Shown: positions 11,133 to 24,624 of the stretch, piece by piece
Position numbering within the stretch: the stretch's first letter is position 1
Layout of the letters: each line of letters starts with the position of its first letter
Origin: Dimorphilus gyrociliatus
Lineage: Eukaryota; Animalia; Annelida
NCBI GenBank assembly: GCA_904063045.1
Contig: CAJFCJ010000016.1
Span: 682,001-746,000 of the forward strand
Length of the DNA: 64,000 nucleotides
Reading direction: 5' to 3'
The notes under the pieces: generated by a model
Told to the model about the DNA's origin: nothing
Databases searched by the model: none
Seen by the model: the letters and a program-made list of their open reading frames with translations, nothing else
Program-made: the position numbers and the translations under genes

Positions 11133-13011
11133 CTACGACATTGTTATAAGTCTTTTCGAGTCAATAATATCCTGCAGAGTTTTCTCCGTAAGCGACCTGT
11201 TAAAAGACAAGCGTGAAATATTTATATATCTTTTTATAAGAACAAAAATCTTTCATACCTCAAAGAGTACGATGAATTATTTTCTAAATATATTACTAAT
11301 AAAACATACTCATTTTCAAAATGAATGTAATATTTGTAAAGTGAGCAGACATAGCTAATTCCGTGTACCATTTTGAATTGATCTATTAAAAAAGTTATAT
11401 ATGCAGATTGATAGGTAAATGTACATTATTTAATTAAAATACCTTTGGCAAAAATAAGATGAAAATTTGTTTTAATTAGGTCTTGTAGAATTGTAGTTGT
11501 CAGTATAAATTTACCTTAAAGGGCAGATAATTGGTAGTGCTTCAACTCAAATGCATTATTTTTCAAGATATAAGACTAATACCTTTTGCTTGTAAGTCGG
11601 ATTTATAAATATTATAGGAGCACCTCTGTGATAGTTTATTTATTAAAATGTAACTGGAGAGTATATTGAAATTAATAATAAGCTGTGATGAAAGGTTTTA
11701 AGAGTTTTTAAAATAGATACCCCATTATATTTCTTTCAGATGCGCATTTTTCAGTTATGGGTATAAATTCTTTTAAACAACAGCTTCTCAATGGCTTATA
11801 TACAGCTCTCCAGAATCTTTCAACCATACTCTGTAATTCTAGTAGGCTAGGGGAAGGACCACAGATCAAACATACTTCAATGTCCTTTAATAATTCAAAT
11901 GTCACTAGACGGTGGGGAACCTAAAGACATCTTATTATAAATATTGAAGACTATGGTTACTGTATATAGATTTACTGTAGGACTGCTGTGAGGTAAGAAG
12001 ATTGGGAAATCTCGGCAGTGGGAGGCAGGTGATGAGAGTAAGAAATGATTTATTAAGGTTAGCTCAAGGGTAGATAATTTCCACCATTTATCAGTTGTAA
12101 CAATCGTGCAACCTTTTAATATTATCGATCCGTAGGGACTCTTTGCTCCTTCTGCCCAGGCATTCAAATGATCCTATAAGAAGTTGTTCATGTTTATTTT
12201 TTGTTATGTTTAACATTTTAGTAAAAATTGCTTTTTGAGAAATATATAGTTTAGTTACTTGTAAAATTGAAGAATCACAATATCCAACATCTACAGCATT
12301 ACAAACACTAGATAATAAGTGATAAGAACCTCTCCCAAGCAAAATATCAAAGAGATTAAAGGCAAGCTGGAGAAAGATTGCAGTCTTAAAATTAAAGTTG
12401 ATGTTAATTTATTTTAACTTAGAAACATTTACCTTAACATCTTTCTTGAATACTTCTATATTAGCACCAGATTTTAAACCTTCTATTTCACCTTGTCCGA
12501 ACAGCAGGATTAATGAATTAAAGCACAAATCCAACAGCCTTTCCTCATATTGTATCAGATTTATACTTTTTATATTACTCTTTGCACATAATATCATGGT
12601 TATTCTAATTGTAAAAATTATGAAATGATAAATACATTATTATTATAATAGTTTTCAATATTTCCTTGATTATTTACCTATTTAGGTAACTCTTCCATCT
12701 TATGCGGTAGTTACCTTTCTCGCAGGCAATTGTTTCAACGTCGTGGTTTTCATTAAATATTTGAATACCATTTAATACTCCAAAATATGATAATTCCGCC
12801 TTTAAGAAGAAAATATAAAATGCTTTGGTTAATTAAGATTTGTTATATTATTTAAATATTGGGCGATAATCGGTGAAATTCTTTTAATTGGAAAAGTAAA
12901 AATATCAATTTAAATGTAAACCTGCATAGATTGATCTGCAAGACGAGAAAATAGCGGTATACCACCCTCTTTCGTAAAACAAAATAGATTATATTCTGAT
13001 CTTTCTTGCAT
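11133..13011 (-). CDS. FUZ: Protein fuzzy (CPLANE/ciliogenesis longin-domain protein), multi-exon
   Basis: Spliced translation: MQERSEYNLFCFTKEGGIPLFSR (exon 13011-12922), GVLNGIQIF...WKSYLNRITMIL, DKWWKLS, CRDFPIFLPHSSPTVPHRLVTFELLKDIEVCLICGPSPSL, ...EYVLLVIYLENNSSYSLRSLTEKTL...TMS*. This is collinear with recalled human FUZ motifs (SSGVPLFCR; GSLNGV; WKSFHDSITL; RDYPVYLPHGSPTVPHRLL; LCLLCGPSP). The stop TAG is at 11135-11133. The apparent stop at 11708 is removed by an intron. Confidence 0.92.
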
Positions 13012-14131
13012 ACTTTATTAAGCAAGTTAGAACTTGAAATTTTGAACGATATTAGATGAAGTAATAACTTGTATTTTACCATGCAGATGGCGTTAAAATC
13101 GTTAAACAGCAAATACTTATTAAGCATAGACATGAGATAAAAGGAAAACAATATACACTTTCTATATAATTCATAGGTAAAAGAGGTTATGATTTATTAA
13201 TTCGTGATAATTCATTTATAAATATTCAGTTTATAGTGTTTCGAGGCTCATTCGTTATTACAAAAAGTAAACTATTTATTAGATTTTATTCAACAGAATT
13301 TTTTGACGGATGTAAATCTCTTTATCAAAGAGATTTCATGTTTGTCCGATATGACTTATTGAAATGTATCAATATTCCAATAATGGGGACGAACGCAATA
13401 ATTTGTGTCTAAACGAGGGGGAGGGATGATTTAGAGGGCGCGGTGAGAGGCGAGTTGAAAAATGTAAATCAGACATTCAATTTTTATTTAATCATGAATA
13501 AAGTTGAAGGTCAAAGAAATTATTTTATAGTAGATATAGAAGATAATATTTATTATTAGAAAATTTGGATGTAAAAATCTATAAAGTTTCATTGTTATCG
13601 AAGAAATGAATGCTGTTCAATCTGTAATTTACAAGAAATATAAATCTATTGCAACTTGATTCCAATTGGTAACATACTTTCACTATTACTGAGCCGTCAA
13701 TCTTAAATAATAGACATTAATCTCTTCTATCGTCTCTTTCAAAGTATAGTACTTTCTATACTATTTGTATAATTTAATAATATAATGACTGCTACAGGAT
13801 ATATGGCTTCGTTGAGTAATAATTTTATTCATTACGGAGTTCTGGTTATTCTCTAAGTAATTCGATGCTACTAACACGTGCAATAAAACATTGCTTGAAT
13901 TCTTTAGAGAATTGTAAATGGCGATTGTTGATGTTGTTTGGGAATTTTTGTACAATTTCTGATGAGTTAGATAAATTATGAATGTACTAAATATAGTTAT
14001 AAATTTTGTTGTTAAACTGGATGTTTTTGACCGGAAGTTATTTGTTGTATAAATATAGCGTGTCTAAAGATGCTATTAAGCATAAAGTGTTTTATTTACA
14101 CTTTTTAATTATTTCTTACCCTTGTAAAACA

Positions 14132-14494
14132 ATGGATGAATTAATCGAATGTTCAGTCTTTAAATTCATCATCATATACTGTATATATGTTATTTGCATT
14201 ATGTATATAACACTATAAGGGTTTTCGGAAATGATGAATTACTACTCTATCTTTCTAACAAATGAAGATAATAGATTGATAAAGGTAATTATAAATCTTT
14301 CATTATGTAACGAATTTCCAAAAATACATTAAAATGATTATTTATCAGTATAATTACGAATTATTAGTAAAGTTATTAAATGTTTATGACATTACTGTCA
14401 ATTGTATTGCGTAAGAACTTGATACATAGTTTGTAGTTCAAATTTTTTCAACTAGAACTAGAATAGTCTTTATATGCTTGGAATACTAAAATGA
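14132..14494 (+). CDS. Possible small hypothetical protein (4 short exons; may be the 3' part of a longer gene)
   Basis: Exons 14132-14150, 14220-14284, 14349-14410 and 14467-14494 join in frame across 69-, 64- and 56-bp GT-AG introns. Product: MDELIEWFSEMMNYYSIFLTNEDNRLIKYNYELLVKLLNVYDITVNCIALYMLGILK*. No recognised homology; the first donor (GTTCAG) is weak. Confidence 0.3.
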
Positions 14495-14660
14495 AAATCT
14501 TCTTATTTTATACTTCACCTATTGTTCTATTCTAGTGCAGAGGCATACTAATTATTTAGTATAGAATGTAAAGAGTTGTACGTTTTGCTCCAAGTGATAT
14601 TTTTATGTTAAACAATATTAAAGAAGACAACGGAAAAGTGATGAAAATGTGCGGTTTTCT

Positions 14661-17600
14661 TTATTTAAATTCGTGCATACTTTCTGGTAAAGCCAAATTT
14701 AAGGACGGAAGAGGTTTATTAAAATTATCTTTACCATTTAACCAATAAGTCTTCATTATACCTTTTCCTTTAACTTCCCTCTCACCCCGACATTCAAGAT
14801 CGAATCCTCCAATTTCATCTAGATGATTTGCAGTCGTCTCACTCATTTGAATCCTTAGCGCTTTTATTCAAGTTTTAATATGATTAAATGTATATATGAA
14901 TTTATGTATTCAAAATAACTATGAAAAATCTATTGCATTCTATCTACCTAAAGAGGATGACTCCATACGACTGGCTGTGTTAACTGTATCTCCAAATAAA
15001 CAATATCTAGGCATTTTAAGCCCAACAACACCAGCAACGGCTGAACCTTGAATAATAGTACATTTATTTAACTACCATTAAATTGTTTAAAAACTCATAC
15101 CCGAATGCATTCCGACCCTTAACTGCAAAGTCATATCTGGCATATGCCTAATTTTGAAGTTAGAAATGTCCGACATTAAATGGAGAGACATTGACGAAAT
15201 TTCTGAGGCATGGAGAATTCCATTTCTTTCTGGTAATCCAGAAACAACCATATCTATTTTGAGAAAGGATATATAGTCTTATTTTATATTTATATAAGAA
15301 TATATTAATTACAAGCATCCCCAATGGTTTCCACCTTGTAGACATCGTAATTGTCAAGTATAGCGTCGAAACATGAATACAAGTCATTTAAAAGGTCAAC
15401 GACTTGAAGAGGAGTACTATCTCTAGCAATGGCTGTAAATCCTACAATATCGCTGAAGAAGATAGTAACACTGGAAAAAGTTTCAGGTTCGACACTTCTT
15501 CCATTCTTCAAGTCTTCAGCGACCCTCTTTGGAAGCATCTGGGAGATTAGCTGCTCTGTTTTACTTTTTTCAATCTGAAGTTCTTGAGTTCTTTCCGCAA
15601 CAATGGCTTCTAAGCTTGTTGAATATTGTTCCAGCTATAAATCAAAACCAAAATAGATAGTAACTTCGAAAAGAAATGTTGAATAAAAAGTATGTTTACC
15701 ATAGAAACAAGATTATCAATCAGTTCACCCTTAACAGGGTTAATCTTACTTAATTTATCGAGTATTCCCTTGAAATCGGGGCGCTTCTTTGGGTCTTCGT
15801 TCCAACATTCATGAATTAAACTATTCACTTGTTTGGCAATCTCAATCTTATCTGGTAGTTCCTCTTCATTTATTCTTGGTCTTACATTTTCATTAGGATC
15901 ACCTCCGTGTTTTATCCAGGCCTATATTACGTGAATATAGTAAATACTATTATTATGAAATTCGTAAATAATAAAGTAATATATCATACATCAAAAGCTG
16001 TTTTGACATTAGTTGAGGTTTTATCTTTGACAAGACCTATAATGTCAGCTACTTCAATGTAAACCAATTCATTTTCAAATGCACCGCAACGACTAGCTAT
16101 TTCAGAAGCAATAATTGCATATCTGTGAAACACGGAATCGTTAGGTTTGTTTAGAAGTAATAACAAGTTCTTACGAGTAAACTAATGATGTTTTCGTTGG
16201 TAATTGATCATTGAGCAATTCTGGGCTCGTCCAAAGTAGTTCATTATCATTTTCAATTTCTTTGTTTATTAGAAATAGATCAGGTAAAGGAGGACGAATC
16301 TTGCAGGTCCAACGATTATCAATAATACATTGGCTTGATTTGATAGACTTGATTATACCAAAATGATTTTCCAGATAATCGAGACCTCTTGCGATATCTT
16401 TTAGGATAGAGAATCTAAAATCCCAACTTAATTTAATACTATCATTGGCTATAATGTCGTCAAGAGAGCCCTTTGAGCCAATTTCATATAAGATAGATAC
16501 ATTTGGGGATTCCAAACAAGCTCCAATAAATGATATTACATTCTTATGCCGAATTTCTCTCAATTTCAATATGCTATGCTTTATATTATCAACAGGAATT
16601 GATGGGCATTTTGGAAACTGTTTACAAAACACCTTTTGACTTTTCCATCTTACTACGTTAGCTTTAACGATTTCAGAATCTGTATTTGATGTTTTCAGAC
16701 TAACAGCTGATAGATAAGATACGGCTATTTTTAGGGCTTGAATATCTACCCAATTAACAACCCAATCGAGATTTAATAGAGCCGCTTCTCTTGCTTGGCG
16801 TTTAAGATACCATCGAAATAAGATGGCCAAGAAAACAATTAATGCTAAACCTCCAAGTACAGATGGTAGAATAACTAGTAATAATGATAAATCGCAACTA
16901 GATCCAGTGTAAAGGCCTTGACATTGGCAGGTATCTGGTGCAATACATTTACCATGTTCTTTATGGCATCCAAGTCTAATATGGAAAAAAAATTATTAAG
17001 AAGTTTCACTCCTTGTTAAACTTTACCTGCAAATAGCTTCGTCACATGCGCTGCCTGTCCATCCTGCATGGCACTGGCAAACTTCCGGTGTCACACATGT
17101 GCCTCGAATACAAGAAGAACAGATAACTTTTGAGCAATCACTATTCTCATAACCGGGACTACATTCACATTTTCCATGCTCGACGCATTTGCCAAATTGA
17201 TAAATATTTATATCATGTACATCTGTTTGATTACCTCCACACCCTTGGAGACAGAAATATGGTGCCATCACTAATTCTGTTCTAATGTGTTCAGATTCAG
17301 GGTCAGCTTCTCCATTTTGCGGAACAACTTGTTGAATAATTTCATCAAATACTCCCTTGTAAGACAAGTAACTATCAGAGAAAGATGAAAAGATTTGTTA
17401 TGATATTTAGGGCAAAACGTAATATTTCATTATTAATATATTACTTTCTTCGATTAAGAAACGTTGAATTTGGATAGAAAGTTACTTGATATTTCCAATT
17501 TAATGGCGGTATACTAAAATATATTGGAGCTAATGTTATCAATTCAATTTGCTTTTTGGAGGATTCATTCTCCATAATAAAGATCTTTGGTATAGTTATT

Positions 17601-20600
17601 AACTACAAGAGAATGAGAATTTTTATAAATAGATAAATGATTTATAGTTAAATAGTTTTATGAGACTAACACCAAGTCCTGGAGCGAAATATCTTCCTCC
17701 CAACGTAATAACAAATCCCATATAGCCGTGCCGATCTCCACTTTTGGTATAAGTAACATTTTGAGTTAATCCATTAAAAGAAAGCTGTAAAGCCAAGTGA
17801 TAAATATATGTATTCTGCAATATATATTCTCACTTGTCTAAGGGCTTCAACAACGGCTACCCCAGTTATTGTTTGATTTTTTGTTAAAGGCTCATTTATT
17901 GCCATTGCTAATGAAATAAGAGCGTCATATGCAGAACCTTTTTCAGCTACCAACTGAGTAAAGAATGTAATAATAGTACAATAAATGTTTCAGCTATATT
18001 TTATACAGTATAATATTACATTTTTTATTACTTACCCTAGTATCAGATGATAGTACTACACCTGAATAAATCGTCTTATCTCTGTTAGAGAACTTTTCCA
18101 TGAGACGATTCCATTGGGAACTAGATATACCACCAACAGAGTACAGTGGCCAAAAAAGATGCATACCAACCATTCCTTCAGTACATGTATAAGGAGACTA
18201 ATAAAGCAAAAGACCTTATATTAGATTAGCAACAGCAAATAATTATAAAAAACCATTTTGCAGAAAGGATGCTGATCGAGAATTGGAAAAGATTTCGTAG
18301 TAATACCGGCGGTAACCCATAAATAGCCATGAACTCCAGCCACTTCATAGCTAAAAGAGAAAGATATAATTATTTCATTACAATAGAAACATTGTACTTG
18401 AACACGTTAAAGTGATTTTGTATAGACTTTTTCTAGTAATTTTTAGGCCATTCCATCGAAATTAAATAATTAATATGTGTAATTAACTTATTTGCTCACA
18501 TTATTGCTGCTCTAGTCACATAGTACAACAAGGGAGGATTCATGTATAAATATACAATACGGCTAGCCGCTCGAGATATTCTTTGCATATAAGGCTTTAA
18601 AGGTGAAAAATCTTGTGAAGTATAGTCTATATCGGGAATGGTTATCTGCAACGAAAAACAGGGTACTTATCTATTTTATTATCAATAGAACAGAATAAAA
18701 ACCTCTTCGGTGATTTTAATTCCATGCAAGCTAGCCTTTTCATAGAAAGAGGACGATAATCGTAAATTCTTATATCTTACGATAATCTATTAGAAAATAG
18801 AGAAAATTTTATTTAAAAGGAAATTAGGATAATAAATTTTAGTTCTTATTAACAATTGATGTCCATTTACGTTCTTTAAATGATAATAGTATACTATTGA
18901 GTTGAGAAGCTTCACTATAACCAATTCTATTGTAGAATGGGTAGAATTTCTAGCAAATAAAAAAGAGAGACTGGTCACATTTTAGTAACAATAAATCTAA
19001 CGTCATATTCATTTAATACAATTACAAGGCCATGTTGATCTCAAAGTATAAAAATAGTTTGTATGTCTATTTTTATATTATGTTATTTACTTTATCGCTA
19101 AATTCTGCTCTTTCTTCCCTTATTGATAGTTGAGGCATATGATCAGCATTCAGTATGTGAGCCATCTTTTCAGTTATCGTATCATTATCGAAACCGATGA
19201 TGGCGGCCAATCTTTTCGACGGATCTTCTTGTGCTAATTGTTTTGATGATTCATATACTTCGTATGCCACTTTATCATCATTTTTATGATCGGCTTGATA
19301 AAGATGAAGGGTTCTTCCTAATTTCATGACAATGCGAGAATTTCATTCAAGTTATACCAGAATACTTATACTATCTATTATACCTTGTAATAAGTTAGAA
19401 AAGACTCCATTGTTTATGTCTTCAACAGCAAAATTCACATAAGTAGAATGAAAGCTTTGAACCAATGCCGCAACAGAGGAATCAATTGTCTTATCGAGAA
19501 TATGGCCGATATAAATATCATCTAATTGATGAAATAATTAATAATTTATTATCAAATTAATAGAAAGATCTTGTTTCATTACCTGTTACTTTTAATTCAA
19601 TATATTCAGTTGTTTTGATTGTTGTTCCTGATATAGCGCTGGTAGTTTCAAATTGTAATCGAACAAATGAGATTTTATTGCATATTGATCCATCATAAGT
19701 GCCTCTTCCTTCTTTTAATAAAATCTTTGAATCGATGGATAAGCAAGCAGTATTGGGTGTTAATACGGCTCGAACTATCTGGTATTTAGAGATGATTTAT
19801 TGCTTAATCAATTATATATTATAAAAAGAAATCATGCGTCTGTAGAGTATGCGTTGAGGTGTATACTCCGTGCATTATATCATTCTACATATATTATGTT
19901 AAAGTAGGGAATTTATAGCTTAATTTAATGTTTTATACTAGATTGCTGTTTTTTTAGGATTATAATTTTGTTAATGATGGAAAAGTTAATCAGTGCTTTT
20001 CCCCCATTAAAATCACTACAATAACGCAAAAAAGAAGATTTCATGTTCTATTATAAAAAATGAAATCAAAGAAATTTCCTTTTATTTATTTTCTTTTGAT
20101 AAAAAAAATTATAGAATAAAATTTCTTAGGCCTACCAATTTGCTGTCAGGTCCTGACCATATTCGACTTGACGATGCATCTCTTACTTCAATTATTGGCT
20201 TTTCGTAAAGTTGAAAATTAGCGGCTACTTTCGATCTTATATCTTTCAAGTTTACTATATGTATGCTGGTAGCTTCAACAGCTTCAACAATATTTAATTA
20301 AGTAGGATTGGAATTTTAAATAGATATATGTAACTGTTTATCTACCTTGAACTTTAATGGGTCTGCTTAGAATGAATCCTGGGCCTTCAAGATAGTCGGG
20401 TGGTAGAGTTAACAAAGTACCAACCGATGAACTGGTAGCAATGTAGAAATCTTTCTCTGAAAATATTTCAGGAGTCCTAATTGTAAAGCCATGAGGTCTC
20501 AATAAGGTGACATTTAGTCGAAGACCATCTTGAACGTCTAATAGTCTTATGTTCTCGAAGGTAGCTATGCCCTTATTAGCTCTAACAACTTTAATTAATT

Positions 20601-22408
20601 CATTAGTGGTAGCACTTTTATAGACCCCCTCTCCAGACAGTCTTTGCTATTTGATAACAAATTAAACTCATGTCTAAATACATATTTTGAGAATGGAACA
20701 AACATATTAACCTTAGTTTCGTGTTCAATAACCAACACACCGCTGTTGAATAGTTTATGCTGCCACGCAACAGTTAACATGACATATACGGTTGATTCTC
20801 CAGTATCAACTATTTCTTTACCTAATTTGTTTACAACTTGAATTTTTAAATCAAACTTAGAATTAATATTAATAAGTTTAGAGGGTTGAATTATCCATCG
20901 GGGCTGCCATGCCGGGTCTAAAAATAGAAGAAAATTTCATATATCCCTTTTGTATATTTATACATCTATATATACTTTACATATATTGTAAACACACATT
21001 AATATGTAACATTTCTAAAGGTAATGATTCTTAGAAAAGAAACTCACCCCAAACACGAAAGCCATTAGTATAACTTTTAATTGTACCTTCGGAAGTTTTT
21101 ACAGTAAATTCAATGTGCCTCTTCTTACTTGGAGCTAAAAATTGAGGATGATAATGCCAATACACGTCAAGTATTATTCTTCCTTTGATCACATTCGTTG
21201 TCAAAGTACCATTAACACCACAAGCCTGTCTTTTGAACAGATTTTCGTTTAATTAATTAATTTCAGCGATAAAATCTCAAAGAGAGAAAAAGAGAGAAAC
21301 ATTTTCATGTCTTACTTTCCATTATAAAAGTCAAATCTTGTTGGAAAATCTTGAGTCGACTGAGTATGCCAACATAGATTTCCTCCACTTTCAATCCAGT
21401 CATCTTTGTAGGACGTCTTACCTATGGCATCAGTTTCAATTGATCGATAGGTCACCTGTTTTGTTGTTTCATAAGAAATAAGATACAACTATAGGATATT
21501 CATAAGAATAATCAATTAACTCATTCTCAAAACATAATACTCTCTTTGATAACAATTTACAGATTTATAGATATTCTATAAGATCTGTAAGATACGGCTA
21601 TATCTTTTATAAATTTTCTTATTAGTGTTTTAATGAGGATTTCTAAGTATCTTTCGAGGGGTAAATTAATCCATTGTCATTTGTAATCATAAAAGGGTAG
21701 GAACACTCAGAAACAACAAAGTATATATGTTGATAAATTTTTACAAATTTTATATTATTATTTATTTAAAGTGACAACAGTAAAGTCTATATGTTTAGTA
21801 TTATGACGAGTCAGAGTTTTCACTCTTAATTGTACTTATTATCTTTACAAAAGATTCTAATATCGACATTTTTCTACTACTTTATTAGACGATAATAATC
21901 AAAATATGATTTTTCCTTTGCATGAAACATGAATATAATAGTATGTTGTCTATAGATTTATATATCACGCAAAAGTTACTACTTTTTTCCATACTTGTGG
22001 AGATTCATCTTTTGAAGTTGAACCTTTAAACGTATTATTGTTTTGTGAACTTGGTATAGCTCCTTTCTATTGAAAATATAAAGTACTATTTGCTAACAAA
22101 CATATATAAAGTATATATATATGTGCACAAATGCTATAACTTATATAAAAAAACAACGACGCTGATTAGGGATGGGGAACATATCTTACCGATGCTGAAG
22201 CATCACTTCCAGTTGTTAAACGTTGTCCATTCTTCATTAAATAGGCAAATATTGGTCTTATTACTTTTTGATTCAAACCGACACTATAAATTTGATTCTC
22301 ATCTGTAGGTATTATTTTAGGTGGTGAATAAACGCTATCGAAGACTAGAGTTATTGCACAATTTGTCAATTTAGTCAGTAAAAATATTCCTATTATCTTC
22401 ATCTTCAT
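14661..22408 (-). CDS. Receptor (transmembrane) guanylyl cyclase: signal peptide, Ig-like repeats, ANF-receptor/Venus-flytrap domain, 3 EGF-like repeats, TM, pseudokinase, cyclase domain
   Basis: Cyclase motifs [29 protein letters not shown] and [24 protein letters not shown] carry the GTP-specifying Glu and Cys. Kinase-homology domain ([24 protein letters not shown]). [28 protein letters not shown] repeats ~16890-17250. VFT motifs AVEDINN, AAIIGFD, PQLS...FSDK|[10 protein letters not shown]-terminal [18 protein letters not shown] signal-like segment. Short phase-consistent introns throughout. Confidence 0.92.
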
Positions 22409-24155
22409 TCGGCTAGAGGATAAGTTATAATGTCAGTTCGTCTACAAGCGTCAATTTTAATTAGTACAGTATCGGAAAAAAAACTGCTTTTTCACAAAGT
22501 GACGCCCCGCGAATTAAAGACGCAATCGTCAAAGAGCATCATTTTTTATTCCAAAAATGAGCTGTTGATTAATTACGATAAAGTTGAAAGAAACGTACTG
22601 AGTAGCTGAGCTAGTGCCATCTTGAGGAATATCGAATAAGATACTTGTAAAAAAAGGAATAACGTTTTCTTATAGAGCCGATAATTAACAGCTAGACATG
22701 GCATAGTGTTCAACAACAATTTCCTCAGGACACAGAACATTAGGCCTAGATATTGTACAAATGTAATGTACTATATAAAAAATGATGGCTGCAACATAAA
22801 TAAGGATTCCGCTACATTTACTTTTAAATATAGCTTAATCTTTAGAAATATAAGGAATAATAGTGAATTTCTTGCATGGTTTGTTCTGCATTAGCAGTTC
22901 TTAAGGGGAATGTAATACTGCTCAATAGCAAAAAAATTTCAAATTAATTATTAAGGTCAAGCTTGCAAAACAAACCTATAGGAAACGGGCGATAATTTCT
23001 AAAAATACTCTACTAGTGAATGAAAGTATTCGCTCTTCCATGACTTGTGAAATAGTAAAACCTTTTTAGTCCTTCTTATAAAAGAATTTATCTACTTATA
23101 ATCCTTTATCTTTTATCTACTAGTGACAATGTTTGACAGGGTAGCATAGTATTATTGTCTTATGCTGGTGGAGCCCTTCAAAACGCTGTTTCTTTATACT
23201 GTATATTTCTTTTTACAAACTCTCTGAGGATAAAAGATGTAGGAAGTGAGGAAAGCAAGGAAGGTAGTTAGTATAAGGGGAAAGCGGAGAAGCAGAAATA
23301 AATATGAGATAAAGAGAGTTAAAGAGCTATGAAGAAGAGCTAGAGTGGATAGCATAGTCAAATAAAAAGTGCTGGGAAGTGAGCGACAGAAGTATCTAAA
23401 AAAAAAGTCAAAGGATGCTCTCTTAGAGGGAAGGGACTGAAACTGTTTGCTCTAATACATAATTAGACGTAGTTTCCCCTACAGTTGTAGTCCACTATTG
23501 CTCAGAAGATACAAGTGAATGAAATACAGATTAATATATTTCTTTCTAGTATATAGTATTTCGGAAATATTCCATTATCTTGTCTTTAAATGTGGGTTAC
23601 AGAACTAAATTTAGCACAACAAGAACTTAGTCACGTGTTTAAGTGTCCTCTAAGAATATTGCGATTTTAGTAATTTATTAGAAATTTACAAATTAAATAG
23701 TAGAGTAATTTCATGCTCATCCTATCTTCCAGAAGTGTACATTAGGTAAAAGTTACAAGAAATAGGCCTATGAGGGTCGTTTTGGACTATTGGTGTAATA
23801 TTTCTGCTAGATTTAGGTTAAAAGTGAGAGCTTTTATTAATTGTAAAGAGGAATTGCAATAGTTTAGGATTTCGCTAAATGAGTTATGATAATTAATATC
23901 ACTTTTGATTATTTCTTTATATATTTATTTATTAATTCCTATAGATATACATATATTCATATATATATATATATATATACAGTATATATATATATATATA
24001 TATATAATTTTGTTCTAAATATAGCGGCGGAAGTAAATATTAAAATATTAAAATTGTCATACGTTTAACAAGTATATAAGAGGCTAATAAAGCATTTTGC
24101 ATGGCGCATATATACTAGTAAGCATCATAACCTCTTACGTTGCCTAACAGCCACC

Positions 24156-24585
24156 ATGCTTACAAGACTGGCTATAGTCTTTCTTCTCTTATTTTACATT
24201 AAAGCCGATGACCAGGTAATAAAAAATTATTAACAATTTAGCCAATTATCTCAGTGTATTAAAAAATATAAAAGAAAATTTATTTAATTTAATTTATCTT
24301 GCGTTTTATTCAACTTTTTCATTTAAGGTAGCGATATTAGCAGCATTTTCAAGGCTACTGTATATATATATATACATAGATTTATAAATATACATATAAA
24401 TATATATATATATATGTATATATTTAAGTTATAAATATAAAAGCCTTTTTTTGATATTTAATGTATGTATTATGTACACAAACTCTGTTGGTTGAATTTA
24501 TCTCAAGTCATGTTTTAACACTTTTATTTAAGTCTTTAGCTATGTTTTCTTTTGATAAAACTAGATATATGGTTTATACTTATCA

Positions 24586-24624
<39 letters not shown>

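Noticed and set aside
13620-14153. Alternative minus-strand multi-exon gene model (MMMNLKTEH...LQG|HAIFIQ...|KLYKNSQ...)
   Set aside because: Some strong donors exist, but downstream exons could not be joined without stops. It competes with the plus-strand model and has no homology support.
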